From a bacterium (GTDB lineage Bacteria > Babelota > Babeliae > Babelales > JAUWHS01): a stretch of 11,096 nt of DNA. How positions within the stretch are numbered: position 1 is the stretch's first letter; every line of letters starts with the position of its first letter. The position numbers were made by a program, and so were the translations under genes. Positions 6,604 through 11,096 of this stretch are shown piece by piece. The stretch spans positions 1 through 11,096 of the forward strand of contig JBDRFY010000090.1 in assembly GCA_043818275.1 (NCBI GenBank), read 5' to 3'. Below the pieces are notes generated by a model. That model was not told the DNA's origin. It saw only the letters and a program-made list of their open reading frames with translations, and made no database searches.

Positions 6604-7812
6604 ATGGTTGCAAGTATCTTTAAAAATAAAATAATAACATCACTCTTTTTAATCATACTCATAGGATTTGGTTCCTATTTTTTAATTAAAAAGAAAAATT
6701 CAAAACAACAGATCACTTTTAAGTCAGAAAAACCATTAATCAAAGATATAACCCAATGGGTTGACGCAACAGGAACGCTAGAGGCAAAAGATGAGATAAC
6801 AATTGGAAGTTTGGTTGCCGGAAAAGTTGAAAAAATTTTGGTTGAAGACAATGACACCGTAAAAAAGGATCAGATATTAACAATTCTTGACGATGGCGTT
6901 GGAGACAGCGCAGTTAAGAGCTTAAAAGGTGTCGTTGATCAGGCCAATGCTTATCTTAAATATCAAACTGCATATTATAAAAGACAAAAACAATTATATG
7001 AATCCGGTCAATTATCAAAAAATGCTTTTGAAGAAATCGAACAAGGATATGAAGTTGCAAAAGGAAAATTAGCGCAGGCTGAAGGCGAACTTGAAATTCG
7101 GCAAAAAGAATACAACAATTTATGGATAAAATCCCCGGACAATGGAATTGTAATTTCAAAAAAAGTTGATTTGGGGCAAATGATAACATCCAGATTGCAG
7201 GCAACTGTTTTATTTTTAATCGCCAAAAATTTACATGAAATGGAAGCAAACGTAGCTGTTGATGAAGCCGATGTAGGGTTGGTAAAAGAAGGGCAAGATG
7301 CGGTATTTTCAGTTGACGCTTTTCCTAAAAAAATCTTTAAGGCAAAAGTCCGTCAAATAAGATATAAAGCAGAAATTATAGACAATGTTGTAACATACGC
7401 AACAATTCTTGATGTTAAAAATCCAAAATTAAGATTACGTCCAGGAATGACAACGAGTGTAAACATTAAAGTTATTGAAGCAAAAGACGCAGTAGTTGTT
7501 CACAATAAAGTTTTCAGAATTAATAAACAATCCCTAAAGCAAACCGCTAAAGCTTTAGGTTATGATATTGCAATGCAACCAGAAATTAAAGATAAAATTT
7601 CACAAACAGAAAAACCAACTCTATGGATTTTGGAAGATAAAACATTTAAACAAGTCATAGTTGAAACAGGAGCAGTAGAAGGAAGATATACCCAAATTTT
7701 AAGCGGAATAGATAAAAGTACAGATATCATAACAGAGGTTACTGATTTTACAGACAAAAAAGATATGTTGATAAAAATATTTAAAGGAGCCGGCGGCGGA
7801 ATAGGAAAATAA
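6604..7812 (+). CDS. macA: MacA-family periplasmic adaptor, copy 2
   Basis: N-terminal TM, IGSLVAGKVEKILVEDNDTVKKDQIL, hairpin tip RQKQLYESGQLS, VDEADVGLV, FSVDAFP, LRPGMTT. Collinear with 2860-4062. Symbol is family-level only. Confidence 0.94.
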   Translation: MVASIFKNKIITSLFLIILIGFGSYFLIKKKNSKQQITFKSEKPLIKDITQWVDATGTLEAKDEITIGSLVAGKVEKILVEDNDTVKKDQILTILDDGVGDSAVKSLKGVVDQANAYLKYQTAYYKRQKQLYESGQLSKNAFEEIEQGYEVAKGKLAQAEGELEIRQKEYNNLWIKSPDNGIVISKKVDLGQMITSRLQATVLFLIAKNLHEMEANVAVDEADVGLVKEGQDAVFSVDAFPKKIFKAKVRQIRYKAEIIDNVVTYATILDVKNPKLRLRPGMTTSVNIKVIEAKDAVVVHNKVFRINKQSLKQTAKALGYDIAMQPEIKDKISQTEKPTLWILEDKTFKQVIVETGAVEGRYTQILSGIDKSTDIITEVTDFTDKKDMLIKIFKGAGGGIGK

Positions 7813-7814
7813 AA

Positions 7815-8516
7815 ATGGCATTGTTAAAAACTGAAAACCTAATAAAAACTTATCAAATGGGTGATGTTGAAGTTCAGGCATTAAAAGGAATAAATCTGGA
7901 AATAAATGAAGGCGAATTCGCATCAATTACAGGAACTTCCGGTTCCGGTAAGTCAACGTTAATGCATCTTTTAGGATGCCTTGATAAACCAACATCAGGT
8001 AAATATTTTATTGAAGGAGAAGATGTAACAATAGCCGACAAAGATAAACTTGCTGAAATCAGAAATCAAAAAATCGGATTCGTTTTCCAAAAATTTCATT
8101 TATTACCAGATTTAACAGCTTTAAATAATGTTGCCTTACCCATGCTATACGCAAAAAAAAGCGAATCTGAAGCAAAAGAAAAAGCTGCCAAAGTATTGGA
8201 TCTTGTAGAACTTTCTGACCGAAAATCTCACTATCCATATCAACTTTCCGGAGGGCAACAACAAAGAGTCGCTATTGCCAGAGCTTTAATAAATAATCCT
8301 GCAATTATTCTGGCTGATGAACCAACAGGAAATTTGGATACGCAAACAGGAGATGCAATTATTAATATTTTTAAAACTTTAAATAAAAAAAATAACACAA
8401 CTGTAATAATTGTTACTCATGAACCTGAAATAGCAATACGAACAAAACGAATAATAGAACTGGTCGATGGCAAAATCGTAACAGACAAAATTAATCAGGA
8501 CTACAATGACGTATAA
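7815..8516 (+). CDS. ABC ATP-binding protein, MacB/LolD/YknY family (stand-alone)
   Basis: Walker [10 protein letters not shown]-loop FVFQKF, signature LSGGQQQRV, Walker B/D-loop [12 protein letters not shown]-loop VTHE. Confidence 0.97.
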   Translation: MALLKTENLIKTYQMGDVEVQALKGINLEINEGEFASITGTSGSGKSTLMHLLGCLDKPTSGKYFIEGEDVTIADKDKLAEIRNQKIGFVFQKFHLLPDLTALNNVALPMLYAKKSESEAKEKAAKVLDLVELSDRKSHYPYQLSGGQQQRVAIARALINNPAIILADEPTGNLDTQTGDAIINIFKTLNKKNNTTVIIVTHEPEIAIRTKRIIELVDGKIVTDKINQDYNDV

Positions 8517-9732
8517 TTTTCTTTTAATTACTGCTCTGCGATCATTTGCAAGACACAAAATGCGCTCATTTTTGACAACGATTGGAATCATAATCGGAAT
8601 AGTCGCAATTATTGCTGTAATGTCAATTGGGCAAGGAGCGAAAAGCAAAGTTCAAAGTCAAATAAATAAACTTGGCACAAATTTTATGATCATTTTTGGA
8701 TCTTCTCCCAAAAGAATGGTTGCTATGAAGGGCCAGGGTTATGGTAATTTAACTTTAAAGCCTGAAGATTTCCAAGCCATTGTTGAAGAATGCGAGGATA
8801 TAAAAGATGTTGCTCCGTTAGTTGTAAAAACAGTAACCGCTGTTTATGAAGGATCAAACTGGCAAACAATGATTGGGGGAACAAATGAAAAACTTTTAAG
8901 TATCAGAAACTTAAAACCAATTCTTGGAACAAATTTTACAAAGCAAGATATAAAATCAAAAAGTAAAGTTGTCATTTTAGGTAAAACAGTTGCTCAAGAA
9001 TTATTTGCAGGAAAAAATCCAATCGGAGAAATTATTCGCATAAAAAATTTCCCTTTTAAAGTAATCGGCGTTCTTGAAGAACAGGGAAAAACTCCCGATG
9101 GCAGAGATCAGGATGATACAATTTTAGCCCCAATAACAACTGTTCACAGAAAAATTCTGGGTGCTAAAAATCAAAACTTTTCAATAATGATGTTAAATGC
9201 AAAAGAAAAAGATCGAATGGAACAGGCAAGTTCTGATGTCCGTTCCATTTTAAGACAAAAACATAAATTAAAAGAAATAGACGAAGATGATTTTACACTT
9301 TTCACCCAGGATGATGTAGCGCAAGCTGCTGATGAGGTTTCAAAAATTTTAAATTTATTACTTGTCATCATTGCGTCAATTTCATTAATTGTCGGTGGCA
9401 TTGGAATCATGAATATTATGCTTGTAACCGTTGCGGAAAGAACCAGAGAAATTGGGTTGCGCATGGCTGTTGGTGCCACAACACAAGGTATTCAAAATCA
9501 ATTTATATTAGAAGCAATTACAATTTGTTTAATTGGAGGATTTCTTGGTATTTTTTTTGGGATAATAACCTCAATAATTGTTGGCAAAGTTTTAAGTTGG
9601 ACTATAACCATCTCTATTAAATCAATAATTATTGCACTAATATCGTCTACATCAATTGGTCTTTTTTTTGGATTTTATCCGGCCTATAAAGCTTCACAGT
9701 TAAATCCGGTTGAAGCATTATTTGAAAGATAA
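8506..9732 (+). CDS. macB: MacB/FtsX-family ABC permease, copy 2 (408 aa)
   Basis: RSFLTTIGIIIGIVA, GRDQDD, VGGIGIMNIMLVTVAERTREIGLRMAVGA, YPAYKASQLNPVEAL. Overlaps the ATPase gene by 11 nt. Symbol is family-level only. Confidence 0.95.
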   Translation: MTYNFLLITALRSFARHKMRSFLTTIGIIIGIVAIIAVMSIGQGAKSKVQSQINKLGTNFMIIFGSSPKRMVAMKGQGYGNLTLKPEDFQAIVEECEDIKDVAPLVVKTVTAVYEGSNWQTMIGGTNEKLLSIRNLKPILGTNFTKQDIKSKSKVVILGKTVAQELFAGKNPIGEIIRIKNFPFKVIGVLEEQGKTPDGRDQDDTILAPITTVHRKILGAKNQNFSIMMLNAKEKDRMEQASSDVRSILRQKHKLKEIDEDDFTLFTQDDVAQAADEVSKILNLLLVIIASISLIVGGIGIMNIMLVTVAERTREIGLRMAVGATTQGIQNQFILEAITICLIGGFLGIFFGIITSIIVGKVLSWTITISIKSIIIALISSTSIGLFFGFYPAYKASQLNPVEALFER

Positions 9733-9734
9733 AA

Positions 9735-10961
9735 ATGACATTCAAACTTTTAATAATTACCGCTTTAAGCGCGCTAAATAGGCACAAAACACGTTCCATG
9801 CTGACAACGCTCGGAATAATTGTCGGTGTAGTTGCAATTATTACTGTAATGTCAATCGGTCAGGGCGCTAAATACAAAGTACAAGAAAACATAAAAAAGC
9901 TTGGACAAAATTTCATAATTGTTTTTGGCAGATCACCAAAACAATTTGCCAACATGAAAGGCGGACTTGGCCAAAATTTAACTTTGAAAGAAAAAGATTT
10001 AATCTCCATTCAAAAAGAATGTGACGACATAGAAAAAGTTTCGCCAATTTTACCCAAAACAAAAAAAGTTATTTATCAAAATAAAAATTGGCAAACAATG
10101 ATTGGAGGAGTTAATAAATATATCTTTGATATCCGAAATTTAAAATTAATTTCAGGAAGATATTTTAATTCTAATGATATAAATTCAAAAAATCGCGTGG
10201 CAATTATCGGAACCACAATTTTAAAAGAATTATTTGAAGGCGAAGATCCAATTGGAAAAAAAATAATAATCAAAAAATTACCTTTTGAAGTTATTGGAGT
10301 TATGGAAGAACAGGGAAAATCACCAGATGGACGTGATCAGGATGACATGATAATGATTCCAGTTACAACCATGCAACGAAAACTTTTAGGTTTAAAAAAT
10401 AAAAATTTTGCAATGTTAATAATGAAAGCAGCAAGTAAGGATCGAATGAAACAAGCATCCGCAGAAGTCAGAGCTATTTTAAGACAACAACATAAATTAC
10501 GCGAAACGGATGAAGATGATTTTACCATTTTTTCACAGGACGATGTTGCTCAGGCCAGTGAGGCCGCTTCCAGAATTTTAAATATTTTACTTCTTGTAAT
10601 TGCATCAATTTCTTTACTTGTTGGCGGCATTGGAATTATGAACATTATGCTTGTAACCGTTACCGAACGCACACGAGAAATTGGTCTTCGTATGGCAATT
10701 GGATCAACCGCGGCAAGCATTCAAAATCAATTTATAATTGAATCAATTTTAATTTGTCTTTTGGGAGGAATTTTAGGAATTCTTTTTGGAGTAACAACTT
10801 CAATAATCATAGGAAAGGTTTTAGGCTGGCCTATTTTTATTTCAATTCAATCAATTTTAGTTTCCCTTTTTTCTTCAACTTTGATTGGTTTATTTTTTGG
10901 TTTTTATCCTGCATACCAGGCTTCACAACTAAATCCGGTTGAGGCTTTATTTGAAAAATGA
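9735..10961 (+). CDS. macB: MacB/FtsX-family ABC permease, copy 3 (408 aa)
   Basis: RSMLTTLGIIVGVVA, GRDQDD, VGGIGIMNIMLVTVTERTREIGLRMAIG, YPAYQASQLNPVEAL. Collinear with copy 2. Symbol is family-level only. Confidence 0.95.
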   Translation: MTFKLLIITALSALNRHKTRSMLTTLGIIVGVVAIITVMSIGQGAKYKVQENIKKLGQNFIIVFGRSPKQFANMKGGLGQNLTLKEKDLISIQKECDDIEKVSPILPKTKKVIYQNKNWQTMIGGVNKYIFDIRNLKLISGRYFNSNDINSKNRVAIIGTTILKELFEGEDPIGKKIIIKKLPFEVIGVMEEQGKSPDGRDQDDMIMIPVTTMQRKLLGLKNKNFAMLIMKAASKDRMKQASAEVRAILRQQHKLRETDEDDFTIFSQDDVAQASEAASRILNILLLVIASISLLVGGIGIMNIMLVTVTERTREIGLRMAIGSTAASIQNQFIIESILICLLGGILGILFGVTTSIIIGKVLGWPIFISIQSILVSLFSSTLIGLFFGFYPAYQASQLNPVEALFEK

Positions 10962-10962
10962 A

Positions 10963-10996
10963 GCGCTCAACGGCTTAAAAGCCGTTGTATCAGCGC
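10963..10996 (+). terminator. Stem-loop right after the last stop codon (possible terminator, RNA stabiliser or REP-type palindrome)
   Basis: CAACGGCTT-AA-AAGCCGTTG (10968-10987), extended by GCGCT/AGCGC across a 4-nt bulge. There is no U-tract, so it is not a canonical intrinsic terminator. Confidence 0.4.
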
Positions 10997-11012
10997 GGAA
11001 TTCTTCTGCATC

Positions 11013-11096
11013 CTTCGCATAAAGCTTCGGAGCACCCTGCGAAGTTTTACACGAAGAAGGGGAAGCCAACCCTACTTCGCTTCCTCCTTCGTTAAA
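11013..11096. repeat. Third REP-like family cluster (CTTCG..TAAA.CTTCG), truncated by the window end
   Basis: CTTCGCATAAAGCTTCG (11013-11029) and the inverted CGAAGTTTTACACGAAG (11040-11056) match 14/17. A probable third copy, CTTCGTTAAA, starts at 11087. Confidence 0.65.

Noticed and set aside
8506..8516. Frameshifted fused ATPase-permease MacB (pseudogene or programmed frameshift)
   Set aside because: Permease 2 has its own Met start matching that of permease 3 ([11 protein letters not shown] vs MTFKLLIITAL). Split ATPase/permease genes are common in this family, and a short overlap is ordinary coupling.
988..10942. Short ORFs in the track (60-135 aa), nearly all on the minus strand, plus 10754-10942 on +
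   Set aside because: They overlap well-supported long CDSs and show the F/I/S/L-rich composition expected of antisense or off-frame shadows of AT-rich genes.

Overview
AT-rich bacterial window, with all complete genes on the + strand. It has three parts. (1) The first 26 nt of a divergent minus-strand gene, followed by an operon of three uncharacterised proteins with signal-peptide-like N-termini (228-2584). These share three collinear motifs and look like diverged paralogues. (2) A MacAB-family (type VII ABC) exporter cluster with two periplasmic adaptors, three stand-alone permeases of exactly 408 aa each, only one ATPase and no outer-membrane factor in the window. (3) A single-gene insert (212-aa putative secreted protein with its own candidate promoter) bracketed by a 70-bp direct repeat that duplicates the 3' end of the first permease gene. 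Three intergenic regions (2585-2859, 4063-4480, 10962-end) carry different families of REP/REPIN-like palindromic repeats. The most notable observations are the 802-bp repeat-bounded, integrase-free gene cassette, the paralogous secreted trio and the 2:3:1 adaptor:permease:ATPase gene ratio. The overall style suggests a host-associated low-GC diderm such as Babelota/Dependentiae, but this is only an impression and no marker gene is present.
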